Shown here: positions 28,553-38,888 of the stretch, piece after piece
Layout: each line of letters opens with the position of its first letter
Position numbering within the stretch: the first letter of the stretch is position 1
Origin: a virus
DNA length: 64,000 nt
Reading direction: 5' to 3' (one strand)
IMG/VR virus record: IMGVR_UViG_3300024324_000416
Span: 14,440 to 78,439 of that record
Program-made: the position numbers and the translations under genes
The notes under the pieces: model-generated
The model's input: only the letters and a program-made list of their open reading frames with translations
Databases searched by the model: none
What the model was told of the DNA's origin: nothing

Positions 28553-31500
28553 TGTACGGAGAAGAAGATTTTCAGAATTACATGAAAACATCTCACACTA
28601 TCGAAACAGATAGTCGTGTGATAGCAGAATGGAATATGAACATTCCAGGTAATATTCAGGCAGTAGGCAACTATGAGGTTAGGAACGGCAACGTAGTTGA
28701 GAATGCCCCCAATGCTACAGACAGCAATACAGTTGTCACCAGTCAATACTACCAAGAAGGAGCAAGCACACCTACTCAATTTACAGACAATCGTGAGCGT
28801 ATGCGTTTGCTGTACTCACTTTCAGAGTGCATAACCCCCAACCGCCCTCGTAGCGGTATCAACAAGCCATTGTACCTAGGGTACACAACATCAGACACAA
28901 TATCGGCACAATACATTAATAATTATGGTAGTTTTATTGCAGAGCGTCCAAGGTATTACATGGGCTCACGCTTTGACTCATTTAAGTATTGGACTTCATA
29001 CCGTGTTGATAAGATCGGTAAGGAGCGAGGTATCTCTAATGAGGATGGAACCATTGATGACGTTGCCCCCTATGTTATGTACAAGAGTCCTGTCCCTGCA
29101 AATCGCATCGTAATAAAGATGCAAACAAATGTGGGAGAAAAAAACCTTGGGCCATTCCGTGTAGGAGATGACCTCATACAAGATCCTTTGTTTGGTTCAG
29201 AAAATGCTACAGTACCTACTAGTTGGTATGTACAGTTGCGAGTCAATGGAGATTGGGAAACAGTAAAGACTCTTACAGACTCAAACATTCCTAGTGATGG
29301 ATATGTGGAATTAGGTTTTGGTTATTCTTTGGGGGAGGACGCAAAGATTGTTGGCATCATGCCTACCCCCAATGCTCTACCAAATACAGCAGAAGAAGGA
29401 GACACATACTGGGTAGAATCCGCATCAGCGTACTACAAGTACAACAGACCAGAGTGGAAGGTAGTAGAACCAATTGAAGGATGGGACGTTATAGATGCTA
29501 CACTACGAGACACAACCCCTGTAGCAAGCGACCTTGTAAGAAATGAGATTACTGATAAGGAAGTGCAATATATTGAGGGCATCCGTATTGTAGTCACAAA
29601 CATGAACAAGCCAAACCAAACCTTTGATCTTATTGAAATGTCACCACGATTGGTAGCAGATCTAACAAATAGAGTTATGACCTTTAACGTGTCTAAGATT
29701 CTTGGAGATTTAGCAAACAGCCCCTTGCCTGTCGGCAAGTTGCTTGCTTCTACTGGAACTATGGGAATAAACAACAATGATGCTGCATTCTCCTACGAGA
29801 ATACTGATAGCCTGCTATGTATTACAAATGCAGGAAAGATTGTAGACACAGTAATGCACACAAAAATTAAGGTAACTTTCTATGATGTTGTAAAGAATGT
29901 GATTGTGTCTAATGAAAGCGCATTGGGTAAAATACAAACAGAGGAACAAAACGTTCACATTCCTATCAAGACCTTGTACTCTGATGGCTTCCCTCAATCG
30001 ACTGGTCAGTTTGATACCGTAGATGTTACATTACGAGACAAGTACAGTTTCTTGGAAAGTGAGAAAGCACCAGAATTGTTCTTGCAGGATATCTCTCTAT
30101 CCTTTGCTATCGTAATGCTGCTTGACCATATAGGTTTTACAAACTACAAGTTCTACCGATTGGAAAATGAGCAAGACGACATTATCCCATTCTTCTTTGT
30201 TTCTTCTGGCAAAAACGTAGCAGAGATTTTGCAACAACTTGCTACCGCCAGCCAATGTGCTATGTGGTTTGATGAGGAAAACAACCTTTGTGTTGGTACT
30301 CGTGAGTGGCTGTTCTCTAATCAAAGAGAAGCCGTTGGTGTCTTGCGTGCAGAAAATGATGAGGAGGGATTGGCTAACGTCATAAGTATTGCGTCAAGAG
30401 AAAAGAAGGTAGTAAACAACGGAAGCATCTCATTTACTGAACGGTACATTCAAAGAGAGTTCGAAACAATAAAGCAAGCATTCCATACGTCAAGATGGAA
30501 GAACTGGACATACAAGCCTGTGCTACTTTGGGAGATTGCTCCTGATGAAACATTGCGAACATACAATACCGTATCTAAAGAAGGTAGCATCTACTCCTTG
30601 AGTGCTCTCCCCTTATCAGAGGATATTACAGATCAAGAGCCACAGGTTGTTGGTGGAGAAATAGTAAATAACGTAATGGAGTTTGGTGAGGGCATTACTT
30701 GGCTGGGGCGAGCCAACGGATACTTTTATGCTAACGGAGAGATTATTAGGTTTGATGCTATTGAATTTTCTATATCTGGACTAGGAACTAGGTGGGTCAC
30801 AGACAACGATGACTACCAGGGATACTTAGCAGACTTGCCATTTGGGGGCAAGATCTATGCCACAGGTCGTGTGCGTATTTGGGCAGAGCCAACCTATGAT
30901 CAAAACGGAAACTATGTTTCTATCAACGCTCATGGTCGTGGTCAATTTGGTACGCCAATTGTAGAGCACAAAGCAGGGCTAAACGAATACTGGACAGACA
31001 ACACAAACTGCTACGGTTTGCAAATGGATTCATCATACTTGTACTCCCCTGACCACATTCGCAAATATCCTTTAGGTATGGATAATGCTATCTCGGCTAT
31101 GGATGATAGCGTCCATCTTAATGCTAGAAACTCAGACAGGACTAGCGTTATCAAAAACTTTTTAGCAGATACATTCCAGACGGAACAGGAAAACTTTAGA
31201 TTTAACTCAACCAACAGAGGAACGGTACAGGCTTCTTCACTTGTATTTACTGGCCCCAAAGACTTTGAAGATCGTGGAGACAACCAAGCCAAAACCGCAG
31301 ACAACCTAACATATATCTTGAAGGACTTTGGTGCCGAAGCCCCATATCATCACTACGGCACTCGCATGAGAATTATTGGAGAGATTCTCTCTAACTCTAA
31401 CACTAAGCAAACTGCCGTGGGGCAGAGTGAATATGTAACGCTACAACCAGACAACCCATCTGAGCAGGTTAACATTGTGGGTGGTGGAGGTGGCCTAGCC

Positions 31501-33039
31501 ATTCAGGTAGATCCAACTACAAGTGGTGGGTACTTCTATGAATTGGTGGCCCTATCAGAGGACGGCAACCCCAAGAATCCAGCCAACCCAACATACAACG
31601 CTACAGTAACCATGACCCCAGACAGAGGAACATCTAAGGTAGTCATCTCAACAGGTGTTGAGCACAACATAGAAGAAGCAGATAGGTTTGTAGTAACGTA
31701 CAATGGCTCAGATCCATCACTTAAAGCACTATCTGGGGAGTGGACAGCAGAGGCGGTAGAGGTTAAGCAAGGAAAGGTACGCATTCGTATTGATGGAGAA
31801 TACAGTTACAACGGTGCGGAGACAGTAAAGATCCAGAAGATTGGTTCTGGTGCAGTTACACTATCTAACATATTCTTTTACAAAATGCAAGAGAAAGATG
31901 GCGAGATGATCCCCTTGGTTATGTGGGAAGGTCTTGCAGAGATCTTGGTAAATGAAGGAAAGTTTACAGAGAGTTTCAGGATATCAACAAACGAAAAAGA
32001 AACCATCTATGATATGGGTGTAGAATTTAAGGACACATCTAACTCTCGCACATTCTATCTATACTTAAACAACAAGCAAATTGCTACTGTCACAGACGAC
32101 GATCCAATTCAAAGGCCAAGAAACACTTGTGCCATGTTTGTAAGAGGAAAAGCAAAGTGTATGTTCAGCAACATCTATGCCTTGACTGAGAGAATATCCG
32201 AAAACCCATCTGCGGTGGCAGCAAATAATATCTCTGATGTTTTTGGAACAAAGAGCATTACTCAAACAGAGTCAATTAGAAAGTATGGAATCTCTGGAAT
32301 GGTTCGTGAGTCCTACCTATCAGGAATCAAGACCGAAGGTGCCCCAGACTATCAAATGTATTTTGATGAGTTTGGAACCATTATGCGAGAGTGTGCCTAT
32401 ATAGAGGCCAAGTACGATCAGGCATATCCAGCACTTGCCGCTATGCTGGCTTCTCCAATTAGTAATGCAAAGGGGTACAGCACTTCTGGCTTCATAGCAG
32501 GAGCATATGGAGCAGAGTTTTTGGTATTCAATAACACAGACACAGCATTGCAACTTGACGCAGATAGTGGCAACTTCTTGAGAATTATTGGAGTGTCCTT
32601 TACACAAGACACAACAAAAGAACTTACCGTAGACGATTACTACGGCAAGGTAGGAGACTTGTCCAAACTAAATAATCCAGACACAAATGTTTCTGCCCAA
32701 GAGTACCGTGAGAAGTATAATCAAATTATTACATCTCGTAGTAAGTATGGTGTAAAAGATTTCGATGGTATGAGTAGTGATTACATCCAAAACACGGCAC
32801 AGGCAGAAAATATGATAGGGTGGATTATGAGCAAAACAATGGAGCCAAAGCAAATGATTGGTATCAATGCCTTTGGTTTGCAGCACACAGAGTTGGGCGA
32901 TATCTATACCCTCAACTACAAGGTTCTAGATGGTGTTGATGCCATTTCCAATGAAGAGAAAAGGTTTGTAACATATCAGGTTGATTACGGTAAAACTGAG
33001 CAAGGCGTAAATATGTCTTTGTATTTGGTGGAGGTGTAA
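28552..33039 (+). CDS. Large tail-tip/hub protein
   Basis: About 1495 aa; EILQQLA..Q.AMWFDE hub-like motif; TAATG overlap start. Confidence 0.65.
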   Translation: MYGEEDFQNYMKTSHTIETDSRVIAEWNMNIPGNIQAVGNYEVRNGNVVENAPNATDSNTVVTSQYYQEGASTPTQFTDNRERMRLLYSLSECITPNRPRSGINKPLYLGYTTSDTISAQYINNYGSFIAERPRYYMGSRFDSFKYWTSYRVDKIGKERGISNEDGTIDDVAPYVMYKSPVPANRIVIKMQTNVGEKNLGPFRVGDDLIQDPLFGSENATVPTSWYVQLRVNGDWETVKTLTDSNIPSDGYVELGFGYSLGEDAKIVGIMPTPNALPNTAEEGDTYWVESASAYYKYNRPEWKVVEPIEGWDVIDATLRDTTPVASDLVRNEITDKEVQYIEGIRIVVTNMNKPNQTFDLIEMSPRLVADLTNRVMTFNVSKILGDLANSPLPVGKLLASTGTMGINNNDAAFSYENTDSLLCITNAGKIVDTVMHTKIKVTFYDVVKNVIVSNESALGKIQTEEQNVHIPIKTLYSDGFPQSTGQFDTVDVTLRDKYSFLESEKAPELFLQDISLSFAIVMLLDHIGFTNYKFYRLENEQDDIIPFFFVSSGKNVAEILQQLATASQCAMWFDEENNLCVGTREWLFSNQREAVGVLRAENDEEGLANVISIASREKKVVNNGSISFTERYIQREFETIKQAFHTSRWKNWTYKPVLLWEIAPDETLRTYNTVSKEGSIYSLSALPLSEDITDQEPQVVGGEIVNNVMEFGEGITWLGRANGYFYANGEIIRFDAIEFSISGLGTRWVTDNDDYQGYLADLPFGGKIYATGRVRIWAEPTYDQNGNYVSINAHGRGQFGTPIVEHKAGLNEYWTDNTNCYGLQMDSSYLYSPDHIRKYPLGMDNAISAMDDSVHLNARNSDRTSVIKNFLADTFQTEQENFRFNSTNRGTVQASSLVFTGPKDFEDRGDNQAKTADNLTYILKDFGAEAPYHHYGTRMRIIGEILSNSNTKQTAVGQSEYVTLQPDNPSEQVNIVGGGGGLAIQVDPTTSGGYFYELVALSEDGNPKNPANPTYNATVTMTPDRGTSKVVISTGVEHNIEEADRFVVTYNGSDPSLKALSGEWTAEAVEVKQGKVRIRIDGEYSYNGAETVKIQKIGSGAVTLSNIFFYKMQEKDGEMIPLVMWEGLAEILVNEGKFTESFRISTNEKETIYDMGVEFKDTSNSRTFYLYLNNKQIATVTDDDPIQRPRNTCAMFVRGKAKCMFSNIYALTERISENPSAVAANNISDVFGTKSITQTESIRKYGISGMVRESYLSGIKTEGAPDYQMYFDEFGTIMRECAYIEAKYDQAYPALAAMLASPISNAKGYSTSGFIAGAYGAEFLVFNNTDTALQLDADSGNFLRIIGVSFTQDTTKELTVDDYYGKVGDLSKLNNPDTNVSAQEYREKYNQIITSRSKYGVKDFDGMSSDYIQNTAQAENMIGWIMSKTMEPKQMIGINAFGLQHTELGDIYTLNYKVLDGVDAISNEEKRFVTYQVDYGKTEQGVNMSLYLVEV

Positions 33040-33040
33040 G

Positions 33041-33649
33041 ATGGCTACCTATGCTGAATTGCAAGCAGCCCTACAACGAGAGCACGAGCATTGGAAGGCT
33101 ACTGGTGAAAGTAGAACAGCAGAGTCTACAAGGCTAAGAAACTGGTGGGCAGGGTATCAAGCCCCAGCCCCAGCACCCGCACCACCTCCTGCTCCACCAC
33201 CCCCTCCACCTCCCCCACCTAAGGGACAGGATGCTATAACCGCTAATGTGCAGGTTGGAGATACAAACATAGTTACTTGGACCAAGACTGATATGTCTGT
33301 GTCTCAATTGGAGGAACTATATTTTCAAGATGTTGGCGGCACCGAAATTCTTTCTGTAGCAAGGCACGACAATATCAATGGAGAAGAGACAGCATACCGA
33401 TACCTAGGCAATGTTGATGAGTTGCAGATGCAGTTCAACAGCCTAAACCTTATGCTAAACAATGATATTAGAAACATCTTCAACAAGTTTGCTATTGATA
33501 TGTCCAAGAGAATCCCTGACCTAGAGGCAGCCGTAGAGAGCGATACCACAGGGTTTGTGGTATACTTAGATAGTGTCAATGAGGATGAATATGTCCAACT
33601 TGAAGTTGCAACAGAGCACGAATTAATACAATTGGAGGTAAACCCATGA
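33041..33649 (+). CDS. Minor tail protein with polyproline linker
   Basis: APAPAPAPPPAPPPPPPPPP; tail-tip synteny. Confidence 0.55.
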   Translation: MATYAELQAALQREHEHWKATGESRTAESTRLRNWWAGYQAPAPAPAPPPAPPPPPPPPPKGQDAITANVQVGDTNIVTWTKTDMSVSQLEELYFQDVGGTEILSVARHDNINGEETAYRYLGNVDELQMQFNSLNLMLNNDIRNIFNKFAIDMSKRIPDLEAAVESDTTGFVVYLDSVNEDEYVQLEVATEHELIQLEVNP

Positions 33650-34698
33650 TCACCAATAACGGCAAAGACCTTATTGGAAAGTACCTATTGGGTCAGGTTC
33701 CCTCCTATGCCTCCTATATATCTTTTGGTTGCGGGGCCGATCCTTTGGAACTAGCCAAGGGAGATGAGACAGAAATGAAGTTTGAGATGTTCCGTGTTCC
33801 TATTTCGGCAAGGTCTTTGCTAGGAGATCAAATCTCTTTTGCTGCTGAGATTCCCTTTGATCCTCGCTACCGCATTACAGAGGTTGGGGTATGGTCAGAT
33901 GGCTCAAATGCCCTCTCACAGAGCGATAGCCGACTTATCTTCTCCTTTGTGGATAGTGAGAACTGGAAGATTTATGATGCCGATCCTAACGTTCCCATTT
34001 CTATTCCTGTAGTTGCTGACCCTCTATCGGAAAAGACACTTGCTGATGAGGATGGGGTCATTCGTGTTGTAGATGAAGTGTTCTGGTGCAATGCCTCTAA
34101 CCAAACCCTTGTCCACAAAGTAACAAGCGGCTATGATCGCAGAGATGAAGGAGCAAGGTTCCTAAATCAGACTCTATTTGTTCGTGGCGATACGCAGAAG
34201 AAGATCTACATCGACGGTCGTAACGTAGACCTATCACAAAACTCACCAGAGGATTTGCTTAAATTGGCGGTAGCCCTACACAAGACAACACCTGAGGAGC
34301 CTACCACAACAAACTTTACCCCACCAACAATTACTTTAAGGTTTATGCGTGACCCAGGCAACCCCACATCAGGTTTCGCAGAATTCACCGTACAGCCAAA
34401 TCTTACAGATGAAGATGACTCAACAACATACAAAAAGTATCAGGTTCTAGAGCAGAAACTAGACGATCTAATCTACTCCGCAAACTTTACCTGGAAAGAA
34501 ACACGATGGGTGGAAATGGAAATATCAAACGGTAGTGCAGATTGGTATCTAGCATTCGATGCAATGCGCTTTGATAATAAAACCACCCCAAACCCCCTAT
34601 ATGTTATGTCTGGATACACCGTCCCAGATGAGATTGTCAACAAGATCGCTGGTTCTAACTCATTCCTAGAATTTAGATTTGGTCTAGAGGTTATGTAA
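33646..34698 (+). CDS. Minor tail/baseplate protein
   Basis: MITNNGK.LI...YISFGCG...ITEVGVW N-terminal motif typical of fibre-attachment proteins. Confidence 0.6.
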   Translation: MITNNGKDLIGKYLLGQVPSYASYISFGCGADPLELAKGDETEMKFEMFRVPISARSLLGDQISFAAEIPFDPRYRITEVGVWSDGSNALSQSDSRLIFSFVDSENWKIYDADPNVPISIPVVADPLSEKTLADEDGVIRVVDEVFWCNASNQTLVHKVTSGYDRRDEGARFLNQTLFVRGDTQKKIYIDGRNVDLSQNSPEDLLKLAVALHKTTPEEPTTTNFTPPTITLRFMRDPGNPTSGFAEFTVQPNLTDEDDSTTYKKYQVLEQKLDDLIYSANFTWKETRWVEMEISNGSADWYLAFDAMRFDNKTTPNPLYVMSGYTVPDEIVNKIAGSNSFLEFRFGLEVM

Positions 34699-34850
34699 TG
34701 TCTAAAAAAGTAGAAGTAAAGTACGAAGATATGCCTGAGGTTCCAGAGGACTATTTCATGGTCAGAGCCCGTGTGGTATCTCTTGATGAGAACCGCACCT
34801 CCCATTGGGTATATTTCACGGTTCCCAATCCCAACCCTAGTGTGGTATAA
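34698..34850 (+). CDS. 50-aa protein absent from the ORF track (MSKKVEVKYEDMPEV...VRARVVSLDENRTSHW...)
   Basis: TAATG overlap; fills the gap exactly; stop lies within the next TATAAT. Confidence 0.65.
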   Translation: MSKKVEVKYEDMPEVPEDYFMVRARVVSLDENRTSHWVYFTVPNPNPSVV

Positions 34851-34857
34851 TAGGACT

Positions 34858-35301
34858 ATGGCTAGAGTACCCTTACCCGAAAGAGGACAACCACTAGACG
34901 TTGCCTATATCTATTCCCTTGCATCTGCCATCAATGATTTGGCGGTACAGGTTTCGGATAATGCTACAAACTACTCAACAATCTATACTACTACAATGGG
35001 TAATCAAAACTTTAAAACAAGTGAATTGAAGTTTATTACAGCCACAGAGCAGGTTGTGAGTGGCGAGTCAGTTATTGCTGATACTACAAAAGATTTATCT
35101 TTCAACTTTCCTACAGACTACAAGTACATTCCCGTAGTTACAGTAAGCCCTGTGAACGTGGGAAAGAACAACTACGGAAATAACATAATTGTGTCGATCA
35201 AGGAGGTTACGACAAGTCGTGTTGACTACACGGTTCGGTACAACGTTACTGGATCTGTTTCCCTGTCAGTTAATATTGTAGCGGTAGGAATTCCTCAGTA
35301 A
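34858..35301 (+). CDS. Minor tail protein with H-type-lectin/gp53-like C-terminal beta domain
   Basis: FNFPTDYKYIPVVTVS...VNIVAVG pattern; leaderless start. Confidence 0.55.
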   Translation: MARVPLPERGQPLDVAYIYSLASAINDLAVQVSDNATNYSTIYTTTMGNQNFKTSELKFITATEQVVSGESVIADTTKDLSFNFPTDYKYIPVVTVSPVNVGKNNYGNNIIVSIKEVTTSRVDYTVRYNVTGSVSLSVNIVAVGIPQ

Positions 35302-35822
35302 TGTCGGATGTTAAACCTCCCCGTGCACCTCGTCGTACCAAAACCCTATGGTTCCTCAATGGAACATTAGTTAAGAAGATTCACATTTCCAGGGCACAAG
35401 GAATGATTACTTTACATGATATTAATAGATGGGAAAAGTTTATGATCCCTCTGTCCGAATGGAAGAAGAAGCGGAGGCGTGCATACCTAGTTAGTGAAAC
35501 TGCTAGATTATTAAACTTACACCGAAAATCCCTGCCTAGATTAGTTAGCCGTGGTATTCTACCACCCCCTGTAGGTGCTACCAAGGACGGCATCCCTGTG
35601 TTCGGTAAAAAGGCATACTACAGCGAGGATACAATCAAGGATATGAGAGAGATTTTAGCGGGGCAGCACATAGGACGACCTCGTAAAGATGGATTCATTA
35701 CAAATAATAAAACACCCACGGCCCTAGAGTTATCAATAGCCATGGGGGATTCGACACAACTATATACTAAAAATAAATCAGGAAACTTTATTCCTGTGTT
35801 CGCAGAAGAAATATACGACTGA
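35301..35822 (+). CDS. DNA-binding protein (MerR/excisionase-like HTH with GRPRK AT-hook-like motif)
   Basis: YLVSETARLLNLHRKSL...GILPPP...YYSEDTI; GRPRK. Confidence 0.6.
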   Translation: MSDVKPPRAPRRTKTLWFLNGTLVKKIHISRAQGMITLHDINRWEKFMIPLSEWKKKRRRAYLVSETARLLNLHRKSLPRLVSRGILPPPVGATKDGIPVFGKKAYYSEDTIKDMREILAGQHIGRPRKDGFITNNKTPTALELSIAMGDSTQLYTKNKSGNFIPVFAEEIYD

Positions 35823-35826
35823 CCCC

Positions 35827-35855
35827 TTGACAAAATCAGGGGTAGTGTGTATAAT
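35827..35855 (+). promoter_or_regulatory. Consensus promoter opening the replication module
   Basis: TTGACA-N17-TATAAT. Confidence 0.85.
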
Positions 35856-35889
35856 ATACTTATAGAGAAAACCTTTGAAGGAGGTTATT

Positions 35890-36090
35890 ATGGAAAACAC
35901 CAAGGTTACTTGGACACTAGGTTACACACTTAATACTGGAAACTTCCAGTCACTACGCCTTGACGCTTCTGTTGAGGACTATGTTCGTGAAGGTGAAACC
36001 ACTAAAGATGCATCAGATAGAGTCTATGCATTCGTTGAGCAAGAGTTGGTAAATAAATTGGCAGAAGCCAAGGAGGAACTAAGTGGCTAA
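35890..36090 (+). CDS. Conserved small phage protein
   Basis: SD AAGGAGG; LGYTLNTGNFQSLRLD motif. Confidence 0.7.
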   Translation: MENTKVTWTLGYTLNTGNFQSLRLDASVEDYVREGETTKDASDRVYAFVEQELVNKLAEAKEELSG

Positions 36091-36394
36091 GAAACAACCA
36101 AAGTATGCCGTACTTGACTATTGGAAAGATTCGGTGTATAATACTTATGGTTTCTACCCACAAATGAATAGGAACACAGAACAATGGGCTGCTAGAGATT
36201 TAGTAGATTCTTACGGTATGCCTACTGTCCTTGAGTTAATAGATTATTACATTTCTATTTGTGCTACTACCCCAAAATGGGATACCTTTAAGTACAAGTG
36301 TGATGACCTCTTGACTAAGAAAAACGAAATAGAAGAAGATTTAAGATTACGAGAAGAAAACAGGAAGAAGGCAAAAGCGTGGCTACTAACCTAG
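36083..36394 (+). CDS. Hypothetical protein (possible helicase loader/initiator)
   Basis: Overlaps dnaB; function inferred from position only. Confidence 0.5.
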   Translation: MAKKQPKYAVLDYWKDSVYNTYGFYPQMNRNTEQWAARDLVDSYGMPTVLELIDYYISICATTPKWDTFKYKCDDLLTKKNEIEEDLRLREENRKKAKAWLLT

Positions 36395-37608
36395 AAGATA
36401 GGCTGTTGAGTGCAGTCCTAAAAGATGCACAGATTCACGTTCTGCTACAGGCAGATGCAACTAAGTTGTTCCGCACACACGGGGATGTGTGGGAGTTTGT
36501 TCGGAAGTATTACGAGCAGAACCAAGTTGTGCCCACCGTGAATCTCGTGAAGGAGAGGTTTATTGACTTTGAGCCACAGATTGAGGTAGGAGCAACCAAG
36601 CACCATCTAGACGAATTGCGTGCTGACTACCTGCGGGACAACCTTCGCAACACTCTACGCACAGCGGCAACGTCCGTTCAGGAGGGTGAGACTGTTGAGG
36701 CATTGGATAAGTTGATTGCTGATGCTGCTGAACTAAAGAGGATAACTAGTGAGGTTCGTGACCTAGACGTATCAGACATTGACAATGCTCTGGACTACTT
36801 TGAGCAAGTTCGTATCCTAAATGAGTCTGGCTCCCACGGCATTCGCACAGGGCTACCAGGCTTTGATAACTACCTACCCGCAGGTATTACACCAGGGCAG
36901 TTGGGTGTGCTTCTTGCCTACCCTGCTATTGGTAAGTCCTGGTTCGTTGTTTACATGGCGGCACAGGCATGGATGCAGGGACGCTCACCACTTGTTATCT
37001 CTATGGAGATGACAGAGCAAGAGGTTCGCAACCGCTTCTTCACCGTGCTAGGTGCAGGAATGTGGCGGCATCGCAAGTTGAGCCGTGGTGAAGTAGAACT
37101 AGATCAAATGAAGTCATGGATGGAAAAGACATTCGCAGGCAAGCCACCTATCCATATCATTTCTAATGAGGGTATTGGCGAGATCAATCCTGCTGTTGTG
37201 CGTGGTAAGATTGACCAGCACTCACCAGACATTGTTTTCCTAGATTATCTTAACTTGATGACTTCTAACACCAAGGCAGACTCAGAGGTTGTTAAGATGA
37301 AGAATCTAAGCCGTGAGTTGAAGTTGCTTGCCCTATCAAGTGCTGTTCCTATTGTGGCTATTTCATCTGCTACCCCTGATGACGTAACCCGCATGGACGT
37401 AGCACCTACCCTTGGTCAGACCTCTTGGTCACGCCAGATTGCATATGACGCTGACTGGCTGTTGGCTCTGGGCAGGGCAGCAAATAGTGATACGCTAGAA
37501 TGTGTATTCCGCAAGAACCGTAACGGATTCCTAGGAGAGTTTATGCTCACAGTAGATTTTGACTCTGGTAGTTTTATCTACAAGGACTTTGAGGATGACG
37601 ACCTGTAA
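36379..37608 (+). CDS. dnaB: Replicative DNA helicase
   Basis: GIRTG...D, AYPAIGKS Walker A, SMEM, FLDYL, SRELK.LA, KNRNG. Confidence 0.92.
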   Translation: MATNLEDRLLSAVLKDAQIHVLLQADATKLFRTHGDVWEFVRKYYEQNQVVPTVNLVKERFIDFEPQIEVGATKHHLDELRADYLRDNLRNTLRTAATSVQEGETVEALDKLIADAAELKRITSEVRDLDVSDIDNALDYFEQVRILNESGSHGIRTGLPGFDNYLPAGITPGQLGVLLAYPAIGKSWFVVYMAAQAWMQGRSPLVISMEMTEQEVRNRFFTVLGAGMWRHRKLSRGEVELDQMKSWMEKTFAGKPPIHIISNEGIGEINPAVVRGKIDQHSPDIVFLDYLNLMTSNTKADSEVVKMKNLSRELKLLALSSAVPIVAISSATPDDVTRMDVAPTLGQTSWSRQIAYDADWLLALGRAANSDTLECVFRKNRNGFLGEFMLTVDFDSGSFIYKDFEDDDL

Positions 37609-37684
37609 TCACGACTACGTTGAGTGGAGGGGTAGAGAGATCTGTCAGGAGTGCGGTGTTGAAAAAGACTACACAAATGAGTAA
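37595..37684 (+). CDS. 29-aa Zn-finger microprotein (MTTCNHDY...ICQECG)
   Basis: CxH...CxxC; overlaps the dnaB end and fills the gap. Confidence 0.5.
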   Translation: MTTCNHDYVEWRGREICQECGVEKDYTNE

Positions 37685-37704
37685 ATGATGGTATAATATG
37701 TTCC

Positions 37705-38028
37705 ATGAAAACTGCACATCGGAGTATCAAAAGGTTCTCTATTGACGGAAGGATCATATCATCCACAGCGTTCTCCCGAATGCAGCAGATCTACTCAGAG
37801 GTACTAGAAGAACAAATGCGGGAGGCAGGATATGTACCACGCCTTGACCTCATGCCAGAATGGACAACTTCATATCAGAAATCATATTACGAATTTGAAA
37901 TATCCATATACGGGACATACGTCGGAAGGAAAAAAGCAAAGTGCCTAGAAGGAGTAGAAGGCGGGAAGCCAGTCTATTTTCACCAGAACAGACCGAAAGA
38001 GTCATCCTTGCCTCAGGCGGCACCATAG
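37705..38028 (+). CDS. Hypothetical protein
   Basis: Leaderless ATG 7 nt after TATAAT 37692-37697. Confidence 0.65.
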   Translation: MKTAHRSIKRFSIDGRIISSTAFSRMQQIYSEVLEEQMREAGYVPRLDLMPEWTTSYQKSYYEFEISIYGTYVGRKKAKCLEGVEGGKPVYFHQNRPKESSLPQAAP

Positions 38029-38888
38029 CAGGAGAAGTAGACACGGACTGGATCATATTCTGTCCGTACCATGCCAACACCCGAACACCTGCTGCTGAGA
38101 TCGACAAAGAGAACGGCACGTTCTTCTGCTTTGGCTGTCGCAAGATTGCATCTCTCATGGAGTATGTGATGGAGATGACGGGCCAGAATGAGTTTAGTGC
38201 CCTGCGTCTTATCAAGAAGTATGAGCAAGAGGTAAACTTTGTTGATGTTCTAGACAAGAAGTTGGTTGAGAAGCCTGACTATGTTCAGTTTGATAACGAA
38301 ACGGTAACAAGGCTGCATGAGCAAGCACTTTCAAGTGACCGTGCCCGTGACTACTTTGCGGGTAGAGGAATAACAAACCTAACAACATATAAACTAGGAT
38401 ACTCACAGGCACAGGATATGGTGACAGTTCCTCAGTTTGATCCAAGTGGAACTATCTGTGTGGGATGGGTGGCTCGTAGCATTGAGGGCAAGGACTTCAA
38501 GAACACCCCCAAACTACCTAAATCAAAGATACTATTCAACCTACACAGGGTTAGAAGTTCGGAGTATGTCTATGTAGTAGAGTCATCGTTTGATGCCATT
38601 AGGCTGCACGATGAGGGCGTTCCCGCTGTTGCTACATTAGGGGCAAACGTATCCAATAAGCAATGCGACCTAATGAAAAAGTATTTCAATCAAGTTTATG
38701 TTGTACCAGATACCGATGAGGCAGGAAAAATGATGGGTGAAAAGGTATTGACTCAGTTGGGTACTCGTGGTATAATTATAGGGTTGCCAGATCGCTACAA
38801 GGATGTTGGTGATCTTACAACAGAAGATATAACTAAATTACATGATAAAGTACAAAATCCATTAACATTACTAGGAGAAAAAATATGA
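37941..38888 (+). CDS. dnaG: DNA primase (CHC2 zinc finger plus TOPRIM)
   Basis: CPYH...FFCFGC; VVESSFDA; PDTDEAG; KDVGD. Confidence 0.88.
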   Translation: MPRRSRRREASLFSPEQTERVILASGGTIAGEVDTDWIIFCPYHANTRTPAAEIDKENGTFFCFGCRKIASLMEYVMEMTGQNEFSALRLIKKYEQEVNFVDVLDKKLVEKPDYVQFDNETVTRLHEQALSSDRARDYFAGRGITNLTTYKLGYSQAQDMVTVPQFDPSGTICVGWVARSIEGKDFKNTPKLPKSKILFNLHRVRSSEYVYVVESSFDAIRLHDEGVPAVATLGANVSNKQCDLMKKYFNQVYVVPDTDEAGKMMGEKVLTQLGTRGIIIGLPDRYKDVGDLTTEDITKLHDKVQNPLTLLGEKI

